A stretch of 24,000 nucleotides of DNA from Nitrososphaerota archaeon (GTDB taxonomy: Archaea; Thermoproteota; Nitrososphaeria_A; Caldarchaeales; JAVZCJ01): NCBI GenBank assembly GCA_038874475.1, contig JAVZCJ010000004.1, positions 48,127 to 72,126 on the forward strand. Direction: 5' to 3'. Below, piece after piece: positions 1-8,129 of this stretch (within the stretch, counting starts at the first letter, position 1; every line of letters begins with the position of its first letter). Below the pieces are notes generated by a model. It was not told the DNA's origin and did no database searches. It saw only the letters and a program-made list of their open reading frames with translations. The position numbers and the translations under genes are program-made.

Positions 1-722
1 AATTTTATCCCTTCTTTTACATAAAGTGCTCCTGCACCTTTTGGTCCATAAACTTTATGGCTACTAAAAGAAGCTAAATCTATATTCATTTTTCTTAAAT
101 CTATTTTAATTTTTCCAAAAGCATCACAAGCATCTGTGTGAACAAATGTTTCTGGATTTTTATCTTTAATTATATCAACCACTGCTTTCAAATATTGTAT
201 TGTTCCTATTTCATGATTTACAGTTGCTATACTTACTAAAAGAGTATCTTTATCAATATTTTTATCTATAAAATCTATATCTACGAACCCTTCTTTATCA
301 ACTGGAATTTTAATAACTTTATATCCATATTTTTGAAGATTATCAGCTGGAAAGATTACACTTAAATGCTCTATGCTTGATACAAATATCTTCTTCCTTT
401 CTTTATAAGATTCGGCTAATCCTAAAATAGCTAAATTATTAGCTTCAGTACCATTATGAGTATATACTATTTCTTCAGGATTACAATTTAAAGCATTGGC
501 TAATATATTGCTTGACTCATAAAGTTTTTCGTAAGATTCCCATCCAATTTTATGTGTTATAGATGGATGACCATATCCAATATTTTCATAAGCTTCGATT
601 AAAGCTTCTAAAGCTTCAGGAAATATTAATCCAGAATTTTCTGAATCAAGATATACTTCCTTTTTAGGTTTACCATGAGATTCTAAAAGAGAACGTACAT
701 CTTTAATTATGTCACTAGACAT
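1..722 (-). CDS. Cysteine desulfurase / class-V PLP aminotransferase (NifS/IscS-like); C-terminal part lies beyond the window edge
   Basis: This ORF is not in the supplied track, so I translated the minus strand by hand from the ATG (complement of 720-722). The product reads MSSDIIKDVRSLLESHGKPKKEVYLDSENSG...YTHNGTEANNLAILGLA...DACDAFGKIKIDLRKMNIDLASFSSHKVYGPKGAGALYVKEG. The SSHK-x-YGPKG-x-GALY block is the PLP-lysine signature of NifS/IscS enzymes. GGAGGT lies 9 nt upstream of the ATG, and the frame stays open to position 1. Confidence 0.85.
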   Translation of the reverse strand, partial: MSSDIIKDVRSLLESHGKPKKEVYLDSENSGLIFPEALEALIEAYENIGYGHPSITHKIGWESYEKLYESSNILANALNCNPEEIVYTHNGTEANNLAILGLAESYKERKKIFVSSIEHLSVIFPADNLQKYGYKVIKIPVDKEGFVDIDFIDKNIDKDTLLVSIATVNHEIGTIQYLKAVVDIIKDKNPETFVHTDACDAFGKIKIDLRKMNIDLASFSSHKVYGPKGAGALYVKEGIK

Positions 723-724
723 TA

Positions 725-952
725 TCATTTAACCTCCACATATATTTCATATACATCTCCATTCTTCTCAATTTTTAAAATATTATGCCCTACATTAGAA
801 GCCCATTCTTCTATATCAGAAGGAGCAGCTGGATCTGTAGCTAAGAGCTTAATTATTTGACCCGTTTTTGCTTTACTAATTGCTTCAACTAATGCTAATA
901 AAGGCCCTGGACAAAACTTAAATCTTGCATCAATTACTAAATCTACTTTCAT
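725..952 (-). CDS. tusA: TusA/SirA-family sulfurtransferase
   Basis: The 75-aa product has DARFKFCPGPLL, matching the TusA Cys-Pro-x-Pro active-site motif. The size is typical for the family. The gene sits between a DsrE-like gene and a cysteine desulfurase gene on the same strand. Confidence 0.85.
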   Translation of the reverse strand: MKVDLVIDARFKFCPGPLLALVEAISKAKTGQIIKLLATDPAAPSDIEEWASNVGHNILKIEKNGDVYEIYVEVK

Positions 953-968
953 AATTAATCTACTTTAT

Positions 969-1379
969 TTAAGAAATAAATAAGTTTACTTCAGAATCTT
1001 TAGCTTTGGATAGAAAAGTTGGAGCACCAACTATATTGTCTACAAAATCTTCAAGATTTCCTTTATTAATTCCAAGCAGTTCCATAGTAGTTGAACAAGC
1101 ATAGATTTTAAGTTTACCAGTATTTTTAAAAGATTTAATCATATTTTTCCATTCTGGAATTTTACCTAATTCTATCATTTTTATTAAAGATTCTTTATAT
1201 TCATTATAGTCTAAGCTTACATTTTTAGTTTCATATCCTTTCTTTAAAGCTAGTAAGCCCCAAAAAGTGAAAAATATTTCAGCATCCCATCCCATAGCAA
1301 CAGAACTAGTTGCAAGTATTATTGCTGGATAAATTTTATCTATTCTTTCAGAAGCTAATATGATAGATATTTTAGGCAT
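969..1379 (-). CDS. DsrE/DsrF-like (DrsE_2 / COG2210-type) sulfur-relay protein
   Basis: The 136-aa product matches the DsrE2-like pattern: KISIILAS...YPAIILA...AMGWD..IFFTFWGL..LKKG...KIYACSTTMELLGI...IVGAPTFL. The conserved Cys lies in YACS. It is the first gene of the dsrE-tusA-desulfurase array. Confidence 0.8.
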   Translation of the reverse strand: MPKISIILASERIDKIYPAIILATSSVAMGWDAEIFFTFWGLLALKKGYETKNVSLDYNEYKESLIKMIELGKIPEWKNMIKSFKNTGKLKIYACSTTMELLGINKGNLEDFVDNIVGAPTFLSKAKDSEVNLFIS

Positions 1380-1579
1380 ACTTTTTCAATAAAATAAATA
1401 TAACGCTGTTATATAAAGTTTTAAAAATATAATGGAAAAATTGAAAGAATTTTTAATTCTCTTCTATAATTTACTAATTATCGAATAAACCTTATTTAAA
1501 ATATATTTAATATATTGCCTAAGTAATAAGCGATTTTAAGAGCTTCTAAAATTCTCCAAAAGTTTTTTTTGAAGAATAT

Positions 1580-2185
1580 TTACTTCTTAGCTTCTTTTCT
1601 GTAAATAATTGAAGCTGCTAAACAGAGCAAACCTGAGAGCAAAGCTATCCAAAACCTAAATGTAAATTGAGATAAAACTTTGATCTTTAAGGTAGCATCA
1701 ATATACAATATTGGATAAAGATTTATAGTTAGAGATTGATTTGAATATGGCATTAATGCGTCTTTTAAGTTTGGTGAAACTTGAGATATGATTGGTATGA
1801 ATTGTTGTACTGAAGATATTATTACAATAATGCCGATCAAGATTATAACAATAAATACTACAGGAATTGTGAATGGTCTGAGATTGAAGAGCCTTCGTGA
1901 CCATGTTTTATTATATAACAATGAACCAACAATTATTGTAATCGATCCAATTATAGCGAGCAATCTTTCACATAAGAATAATCCTATCATAAAAGGTGGC
2001 GGCTTAATGAGTTCCAAACCTAAAAGCTCAAACTTAAAATCAAATGGAGAAAGCCCAATGTATAGGAAAGGTTTAGAAATTTCACCTCCAATAAATTCCC
2101 ACCAAGAACCACCAACTATAGATATTATTAGAAAAATAATTCCACTGATTAAATAGAGAATTCTAGATTTCTTCATTTTTCTCAC
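1580..2185 (-). CDS. Polytopic membrane protein, unknown function
   Basis: The 201-aa ORF has about 5-6 long hydrophobic segments and K/R-rich termini. Its ATG overlaps the stop of the upstream gene by 4 nt (2182-2185), which implies co-translation. Confidence 0.6.
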   Translation of the reverse strand: MRKMKKSRILYLISGIIFLIISIVGGSWWEFIGGEISKPFLYIGLSPFDFKFELLGLELIKPPPFMIGLFLCERLLAIIGSITIIVGSLLYNKTWSRRLFNLRPFTIPVVFIVIILIGIIVIISSVQQFIPIISQVSPNLKDALMPYSNQSLTINLYPILYIDATLKIKVLSQFTFRFWIALLSGLLCLAASIIYRKEAKK

Positions 2186-2694
2186 CTTGAAAAACTAAAA
2201 TTATTTAAAGAGAAATCGAGTGGAATTTCGATTAAATTTAAGACCAAAGTAGCGCTCCCTGAAAGATTAACAGGAGATCCTTGTGTGAATATCATTATAA
2301 AGTCTTCGACAGACCCTTTTTCTAATGAGAACAAAAATTGTACGCTTTCTTCCTCATTAGGTTCTAAAATAAATGGTGCTTGAAGAATTACTTTTCCATC
2401 AATATTTGATGAAGGAACGATTATTCTCACGTATAATTTATTTAAGCCAACTCTAGTATTCCCGCTATTAAACAATTTAACATTTAGTAAGTATTTTCCA
2501 TCTACAGCAAGATGCTCTATTGAGATTATGTGAATTGAACTTGGGTCAAATGATGGAAATTCTTGAGTTGAAATTAAATCTGGCATAACGAAATTTGTTA
2601 GAGATCCTGAAGTGAAATAGTAGAATGTTAAAGGTAATACAATTGCTATAATTGTAATAATTCTGAGCAACCATATTATAATTTTTTCACTCAT
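2182..2694 (-). CDS. N-terminally membrane-anchored beta-rich protein (possible LEA_2/WHy-like beta-sandwich), unknown function
   Basis: The 170-aa ORF has one N-terminal TM helix (IIIWLLRIITIIAIVLPLTFYYF). This is followed by alternating beta-strand-like sequence (LLNVKLFNSGNTRVGLNKLYVRIIV...FILEPNEEESVQFLFSL). The fold assignment is inference only. Confidence 0.55.
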   Translation of the reverse strand: MSEKIIIWLLRIITIIAIVLPLTFYYFTSGSLTNFVMPDLISTQEFPSFDPSSIHIISIEHLAVDGKYLLNVKLFNSGNTRVGLNKLYVRIIVPSSNIDGKVILQAPFILEPNEEESVQFLFSLEKGSVEDFIMIFTQGSPVNLSGSATLVLNLIEIPLDFSLNNFSFSR

Positions 2695-2826
2695 CTTTTT
2701 TAAATACTTAATGAAAACTTATAAACTTTTCGGAAAAATTTTTTAAGCTTTTACTATTGAGAGTCCAAAGTTTTTTAACTTATTTAATAACTCAAATTTA
2801 GCAAGTAATGAATTCTTTTTCCAATT

Positions 2827-3669
2827 TTATGTTTCCTGTATTACCTTTTTCCAATAATCGTTTAATTCATATACTTTTTCATCATCTCCAACTAAGCCTT
2901 CTTCAATCATTCTAAGCTTTACTACTTTAGGAGTAGGCATAGCTATATGTTTTTCTAAGATTGCAAGACGTTTATAATCTTTCAAAATTAATAATCTTAA
3001 TATTGTTTTACTTATATATTCAAGATGAGAACCACCTATTACTTCAAACCTTTTTGCATCAAAACCCAATTCTAGGTCTAATAATTCTTGTTTTTTCAAC
3101 ATTTTATTCCTTTCCCTATCTAAAAATGTTTTATATGCAGCACTTTTAGTCCAGGATACAAGAATGACAGGTACATCATATTTTATAGCTAAACTCATTA
3201 ATTTTCCAGATTGATATGCAAGCTTACCTTGTAATTCTCTAGCTTCACTTGCTAAAAAGGAAGTTTTGGCAGCTAATAGTTGTTTATGATATTGGTTTAC
3301 AAAACTATCAACTATAAAAGCTAGTGGCTGAAGTCCCTCATTTTTTATTATTTCTTCCCATTTATGAATAATAATTTTATGTTGTTCACTTAAGCTATCT
3401 ACACGAGTTATATACATGCGTTCCAAAATTGATTGATTAATATTAAGAGCCTTTGCCATTTGTAATAATCTAGATTCGTGAAAACCTTGTTCTGTATCTA
3501 AATAGAAAAATTCTCCCTCACAATTTTTAGATAAATTAAGTATTGTTTGAAGGATTATTGTTGTTTTTCCACTTCCAGGATCTCCATAAATAAGATTTAT
3601 TGCACTTGCTAAGAAACCTCCACCCATTAATTTATCTAAAATTTTACAACCAGTAGAAATATACCTCAT
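2827..3669 (-). CDS. RecA-superfamily ATPase, RadA paralog / KaiC-like (RadB/aRadC-type)
   Basis: The N-terminus ISTGCKILDKLMGGGFLASAINLIYGDPGSGKTTIILQ gives the RadA/RadB-type entry motif plus Walker A (GSGKT). Walker B is LAFIVDSF. The later IGGSHLEYISKTILRL block is typical of RadA paralogs. Its start overlaps the stop of the upstream 697-aa gene by 4 nt. Confidence 0.8.
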   Translation of the reverse strand: MRYISTGCKILDKLMGGGFLASAINLIYGDPGSGKTTIILQTILNLSKNCEGEFFYLDTEQGFHESRLLQMAKALNINQSILERMYITRVDSLSEQHKIIIHKWEEIIKNEGLQPLAFIVDSFVNQYHKQLLAAKTSFLASEARELQGKLAYQSGKLMSLAIKYDVPVILVSWTKSAAYKTFLDRERNKMLKKQELLDLELGFDAKRFEVIGGSHLEYISKTILRLLILKDYKRLAILEKHIAMPTPKVVKLRMIEEGLVGDDEKVYELNDYWKKVIQET

Positions 3670-5759
3670 CTCTCTCCCTTCCTTAAAATACTCATTAAGA
3701 CATTCTTTGCAATTTTTAATGCTCTTTCAGCTTCTTTTTCTCCTATGCTTAAGTCTGCTTTTTCAGCTTTATTCTTTATTTCTTCTAACCATTCAATATC
3801 CTCCATTTCTATTGGTTTTAGGCCTTCAATACATAAAGTTTCATACAATGCTTTAAATTTTTTCCATCTAGTTTTTTCTGGATTTGAAATTAATAATATC
3901 ATCACATGCCTAACTAGATTATAACTTAAAATAATTGATTGGCACCATTCTTGATGTAAAAATTTCTTCTCTATTTCGATTAATTTTTTAACAAGTTTTT
4001 CGTTAATTTTTAAATAAATTTCTTCTTCTTTAATATCTTCTTTCTTTTTTATAAAATTCCTTTCTTCCCATTCATTAATTGCAATAATTCCCTTTTCAGT
4101 TATTTCTATTTTTTCTTCATCATCTGAAGAAATTTTCAAATATTTTTTATCGATAAGTTCTTTAATCAATTCTCTTATATCATTTAATTCATATTTTTCT
4201 GAAAGATATGCTTGAATTGTTGCTATATTTACATTTTTTAATTGAAACATAAGCTTCATAATATTATATGCAACTTCACTTTTATTAAGGAAATCTTTTT
4301 TAAGAGTTGTAACATTTTCTCCTATTTCTTTTTCAAGTACATTTTCCATGTCTTTATCAATATCTATATTAAAATCTATTATAGGTGTAAGCATTAGAAA
4401 AGTTTTCATACCTTCATGTGTCATTACTTTCACAATACTTTCTTGAGGTGAAAGTTTTAATATAAAATTGTCTCCTTCTCTTCCTAATGCAAATACTTTA
4501 GATATTTCATTTGCAATATATGGATCTTCAATAGCTGTTATTATTAAATTTGGAGTTATACTATAAGCATAATTTGCTATCCATGTTGCAGAAGTATGCA
4601 ATAATAAACTAATATTCTTTGATGCTTCTTTAAGCATGTACATCAATCTTTCCATTACAGGTCTATAATCATATGGTAAAAGATGTATTTGGGGTAAAAG
4701 GTTTTGTAATTCATCTATAACTATAAGAATCTTTTCTTTCTTCCTTTTTAAAACTTGATGCAAAACACCTATAAACAATATTAGAAGGAAAGTTTTTTGT
4801 TCCCTATCTATTCCGCCTACTCTTAAGCATATTATTTCGCCTCTTTTTGGTAAAAAGTTTAAAATATTTTTTCCCTCATCAGAAAAAATTTTTGTTAATA
4901 AAAGCTTTTTAATATCTGCTTTTAAAATATCTGCTCTTCTCTTTTCAAAAAATCTATTTAAACCATCACTCCATAAATTTACTTGATCAACTCTTAATAT
5001 ATTTTCATATTCATATTGATTATAAAAGAAATCTGCTAATAAGCTTGCTTCTTCAATATCCAATGTGCATGCAACAGAAATGGCCATTGCTAAAATATTT
5101 GTCCAAATTTTTAAAGGTAATGGTTTCGCATCCATTGGATTAATTAAAGTATCAATACCAATATTATAAACCTTAGTTGAGGTAAAATTCTTAGGAACTC
5201 CAATGATATTAGATGAATCAAAAATAATTATTCCATTTTCTTTCATAGCAGCTTCTTTGATTATTTTACGCATAATGTTTAATCCATAAGATCCAAAAAT
5301 TGTTATGCCTCTTTCAAGATTTTCAAAATTAATTCCTGTTTTTGAAAAATATCCAAAAAAAGATTTGCCAATCCATTTATACCCTAAAATTATATCTGCT
5401 TTGATTTTATTATTAGAAGAAAAATTATTCATTTCTAAACTATCTTTAATAAATTTATTAATAATTTGCATTCTATTTTTTGAAAATAAGCTAGATATGA
5501 AAAGAGCTATTTTAAATGAAAAAATAAATGGTGATTTAAAAAAGTTTGCTATACTTTTTCTAATTCTTTTTGATATGAATGATAAAATTGCTATTATTGG
5601 TAATAAAAAAATTATGATTGTTAAGAAAGGAATAAACAATATAAAAATGAAAATTATTAAAAATATTGTAGTAAAAGGTAACATTTTTCCTATGAAATTT
5701 ATACTTTCTTCATCTAAAATTGTATCAAATTTTTCTCTTGATAAACTCTTTCCCATCAA
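3666..5759 (-). CDS. Membrane-anchored HerA/VirB4/FtsK-superfamily ATPase homolog with degenerate Walker A, plus C-terminal wHTH-like and helical domains
   Basis: Residues ~25-95 contain hydrophobic TM helices. The HerA-like core runs LERGITIFGSYGLNIMRKII (P-loop position, no GK[ST]), then LINPMD, then KILIVIDELQNLLP (Walker B, hhhhDE), then ISLLLHTSATW...NLIITAIEDPY. Residues ~495-565 look like a winged helix (ATIQAYLSEKYELNDIRELIKELIDKKYLKI...ITEKGIIAINEW). The first codon in the track is TTG (5759), but ATG at 5756 is the more likely start. Confidence 0.7.
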   Translation of the reverse strand: MMGKSLSREKFDTILDEESINFIGKMLPFTTIFLIIFIFILFIPFLTIIIFLLPIIAILSFISKRIRKSIANFFKSPFIFSFKIALFISSLFSKNRMQIINKFIKDSLEMNNFSSNNKIKADIILGYKWIGKSFFGYFSKTGINFENLERGITIFGSYGLNIMRKIIKEAAMKENGIIIFDSSNIIGVPKNFTSTKVYNIGIDTLINPMDAKPLPLKIWTNILAMAISVACTLDIEEASLLADFFYNQYEYENILRVDQVNLWSDGLNRFFEKRRADILKADIKKLLLTKIFSDEGKNILNFLPKRGEIICLRVGGIDREQKTFLLILFIGVLHQVLKRKKEKILIVIDELQNLLPQIHLLPYDYRPVMERLMYMLKEASKNISLLLHTSATWIANYAYSITPNLIITAIEDPYIANEISKVFALGREGDNFILKLSPQESIVKVMTHEGMKTFLMLTPIIDFNIDIDKDMENVLEKEIGENVTTLKKDFLNKSEVAYNIMKLMFQLKNVNIATIQAYLSEKYELNDIRELIKELIDKKYLKISSDDEEKIEITEKGIIAINEWEERNFIKKKEDIKEEEIYLKINEKLVKKLIEIEKKFLHQEWCQSIILSYNLVRHVMILLISNPEKTRWKKFKALYETLCIEGLKPIEMEDIEWLEEIKNKAEKADLSIGEKEAERALKIAKNVLMSILRKGER

Positions 5760-5889
5760 TTTTTCATTAATATTTCTAAGATTTATTCATATTGTAAAAC
5801 ATTTTTTGAAAAATTAGCTTAACTCTTCTTAAAAATTGTTAAAAAAGGAATATTTTTAATTAATTTATTTTAATTTTTCTTAACAATCC

Positions 5890-6342
5890 TTAACTTTTCT
5901 TAAATTTGCCTTTTAACCATAAAGCAAATATCCATAATGGAAATGCGATGATAAGCCCACCTATTATTCTTAAAGGCATGCTTTTTTCTATAGCGCTATA
6001 AATTGTATAAAGAAATATCGCCATTCCTATGAATATAAGAGCATATATTATTGTTTTTTCTAAAATATTTTTTATTTCAATTTTATGTTTAATTTCAATA
6101 CCTTTTATTTCTTCATGTTTTTCTTCAGGAATTTTTGATAAACAAAAAACAACTTTATTCTCAATTCTCTTTTTTACAATAACCCCTTTTGAAAGCAATC
6201 TATTAATCCTTACATAAATTGAAGGTTTTGAAACATTTAAAGCTAAACTTAATTCTGCTGCACTCATAGGTTTATTTTCTAAAAGCTTAATTATTTTTAC
6301 TTCTAAATCATCAATTATTCTATTTTTCTCTTCTGCATTCAT
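5890..6342 (-). CDS. Membrane-anchored winged-helix (MarR/ArsR-like) DNA-binding protein
   Basis: The N-terminal part is wHTH-like: LEVKIIKLLENKPMSAAELSLALNVSKPSIYVRINRLLSKGVIVKK. The C-terminal ~55 aa form two hydrophobic helices (IIYALIFIGMAIFLYTIY..., IIGGLIIAFPLWIFALWL). Confidence 0.7.
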   Translation of the reverse strand: MNAEEKNRIIDDLEVKIIKLLENKPMSAAELSLALNVSKPSIYVRINRLLSKGVIVKKRIENKVVFCLSKIPEEKHEEIKGIEIKHKIEIKNILEKTIIYALIFIGMAIFLYTIYSAIEKSMPLRIIGGLIIAFPLWIFALWLKGKFKKS

Positions 6343-6420
6343 CTATTAATAATATTTTCTCATAAAATAAATAATTATAAATAGAAATATTTTTAAGGAG
6401 AAAATAATAATTCTAAATTA

Positions 6421-6711
6421 ATGGAAATGTCTAATGAAGAAATAAAAAATAATATTGTAGCTGTAGGTCATAAACCAATAGATCGCTATATTACAGCATG
6501 CATAACCTTGTTTAATGAAGGGAAAAAAGAAGTTATTTTTAGAGCAAGAGGGAAAGCAATTCCAAAATGCATAGATGTTGTTGAATCTCTTCGTAAAAGC
6601 TTTATGAAAGATGCTATTATTAAGAGGATTTCTATTGGAAGTGATGAAAAAATATTAGAAAATGGAGGAAAAAAATATATTAGCTATATAGAAATCGTAG
6701 TTACGCATTAA
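6421..6711 (+). CDS. albA: Alba (Sac10b family) DNA/RNA-binding chromatin protein
   Basis: The 96-aa product has NIVAVGHKPIDRYITACITLFNEGKKEVIFRARGKAIPKCIDVVESLR, which matches the Alba family signature (G-K-K-P-V-M-x-Y-V ... ARG-x-AI ... VDV-x-E). Confidence 0.9.
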   Translation: MEMSNEEIKNNIVAVGHKPIDRYITACITLFNEGKKEVIFRARGKAIPKCIDVVESLRKSFMKDAIIKRISIGSDEKILENGGKKYISYIEIVVTH

Positions 6712-6780
6712 ATAGTTTTATTTATAAAGAATTTAAACTACTTATAAATATGGATTTCTAGAAAAACTGGTGATTTTTAT

Positions 6781-8127
6781 ATGAAATATCCAAATATTAA
6801 AGTTCCACCTCCAGGACCAATTGCTAGAGAGATTTTAAAAAGAGATGAAGAAGTAATTTCTCAATCTTTCACAAGATATTATCCTCTTGTTGTAAAATCT
6901 GCAAAAGGAAGCATAGTAGAAGATGTTGATGGTAATCAATATATAGATTTTAATTCTGGAATACTTTGTTCTAATGTAGGGCATAGTCATCCATATGTAA
7001 TTGAAAGAATTAAAAAACAAATTGAAAAATTTCTAAATTATTCATTAACAGATTTTTATTTTGAAAATGCTGTAACGCTTGCTGAAGAACTTTCTAAAAT
7101 AACTCCAGGCTCTTTTAAGAAAAGAGTCTATTTTGGAAATAGTGGGACTGAAGCAATAGAAGCAGCTATAAAAATGTCTAGATGGCATACACGAAAATCA
7201 TATTTTATTGCTTTTATTAATAGTTTTCACGGAAGGACTATTGGGTCTTTAAGTTTAACTGCAAGCAAACCTGTTCAAAAGAAGTATTTTTCTCCACTTA
7301 TGCCAAATGTAATTCACGTTCCTTTCTCATATTGTTATAGATGTGCATTTAAACAAACATATCCTGAATGCAATTTATGGTGTGTTGATTATATAAAAGA
7401 ATATGTATTAGAAAAATATGTTCCACCAGAAGAAGTTTCAGCAATAGTTTTTGAACCTATCCAAGGAGAAGGTGGATACATATTTCCTCCAGACGATTAT
7501 TTTATAAGATTAAAGAAGCTGGCTGATGAATATGATATATTGCTTATAGACGATGAAATACAAGCTGGAATGGGTAGAACTGGAAAATGGTTTGCAATAG
7601 AACACTATAATATATCTCCAGATATTTTATGTATTGCAAAATCTTTAGCTTCTGGTTTACCATTAGGTGCTACTGTAGCAGAAGAATCTATAATGGATTG
7701 GGAAGTTGGAAGTCATGCAACAACTTTTGGAGGATGTCCTGTTTCTTGTGAAGCAGCTCTTGCAACGATCTCAATTATAAGAAATGAAAATCTTTTGGAA
7801 CGTGCCACTAGACTTGGAAGAAATGTTTTAAAAAGGCTTAAAGAAATGGAAGAAAAATATGAATTAATTGGTGATGTACGTGGAAAAGGGTTAATGATAG
7901 GGGTTGAAATAGTATCTAATAAAAAATCTAAAACTCCTGGTAAAAAAGAAGCTAAAGAAATTATGATGAGATGTTTTAAACAAGGGTTAGCGATTATTAG
8001 TTGTGGCATTTCTACTTTTAGAGTAGCACCTCCACTTAATATAGAAGAAGAATATCTTGAAACAGGTCTTAACATATTTGAAGATGTTATTAAAGAATAT
8101 GAAAATGAATTAAAAATAATGAAATAA
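6781..8127 (+). CDS. Class-III PLP-dependent aminotransferase (GabT / 4-aminobutyrate aminotransferase-like)
   Basis: The 448-aa product has GNSGTEAIEAAIK, FHGRT, LLIDDEIQAGMGRTGKWFA and ILCIAKSLASGLPLGA (PLP lysine in AKS). GGTGAT lies 6 nt upstream of the ATG. Substrate specificity cannot be read from the sequence. Confidence 0.88.
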   Translation: MKYPNIKVPPPGPIAREILKRDEEVISQSFTRYYPLVVKSAKGSIVEDVDGNQYIDFNSGILCSNVGHSHPYVIERIKKQIEKFLNYSLTDFYFENAVTLAEELSKITPGSFKKRVYFGNSGTEAIEAAIKMSRWHTRKSYFIAFINSFHGRTIGSLSLTASKPVQKKYFSPLMPNVIHVPFSYCYRCAFKQTYPECNLWCVDYIKEYVLEKYVPPEEVSAIVFEPIQGEGGYIFPPDDYFIRLKKLADEYDILLIDDEIQAGMGRTGKWFAIEHYNISPDILCIAKSLASGLPLGATVAEESIMDWEVGSHATTFGGCPVSCEAALATISIIRNENLLERATRLGRNVLKRLKEMEEKYELIGDVRGKGLMIGVEIVSNKKSKTPGKKEAKEIMMRCFKQGLAIISCGISTFRVAPPLNIEEEYLETGLNIFEDVIKEYENELKIMK

Positions 8128-8129
8128 AT

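Noticed and set aside
1788-2156. 122-aa plus-strand ORF in the track (and the 68-aa ORF at 1698-1904) overlapping the 201-aa membrane protein gene
   Set aside because: It lies entirely antisense to, or nested within, a better-supported ORF. The translation is low-complexity (I/N/K/P-rich). Long shadow ORFs are expected in AT-rich DNA because stop codons on the opposite strand are depleted by the coding frame.
5361-5384. GYKWIGKS in the 697-aa protein literally fits Walker A GxxxxGK[ST]
   Set aside because: It lies about 25 residues upstream of where the P-loop sits relative to the conserved L-x-R-H-h-h-I-x-G entry strand, and it is followed by aromatic-rich sequence rather than a helix start. 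It most likely corresponds to the pre-P-loop beta segment of HerA/VirB4 proteins, so the match is probably coincidental. An alignment should confirm this.
5305-5817. 170-aa plus-strand ORF antisense to the N-terminal part of the 697-aa gene
   Set aside because: It is an I/L/K/F-rich shadow of the hydrophobic TM-coding region. It has no SD box or promoter logic and no recognisable motif. The same reasoning applies to 2961-3149, 6029-6217, 6835-7020, 7713-8075, 9145-9381, 11661-11864, 13601-13996, 14402-14659, 17049-17279, 18786-18989, 21409-21639, 22042-22233 and 22345-22557.
5835-5887. Inverted repeat ATTGTTAA (5835-5842) / TTAACAAT (5880-5887) just after the stop of the TM-wHTH gene, possibly a terminator hairpin or operator pair
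   Set aside because: It is only 8 bp, AT-rich, with a spacer of about 37 nt. Archaeal termination does not need hairpins, and such repeats are expected by chance in this composition. It is kept only as a note in case the motif recurs upstream of the module in other genomes.
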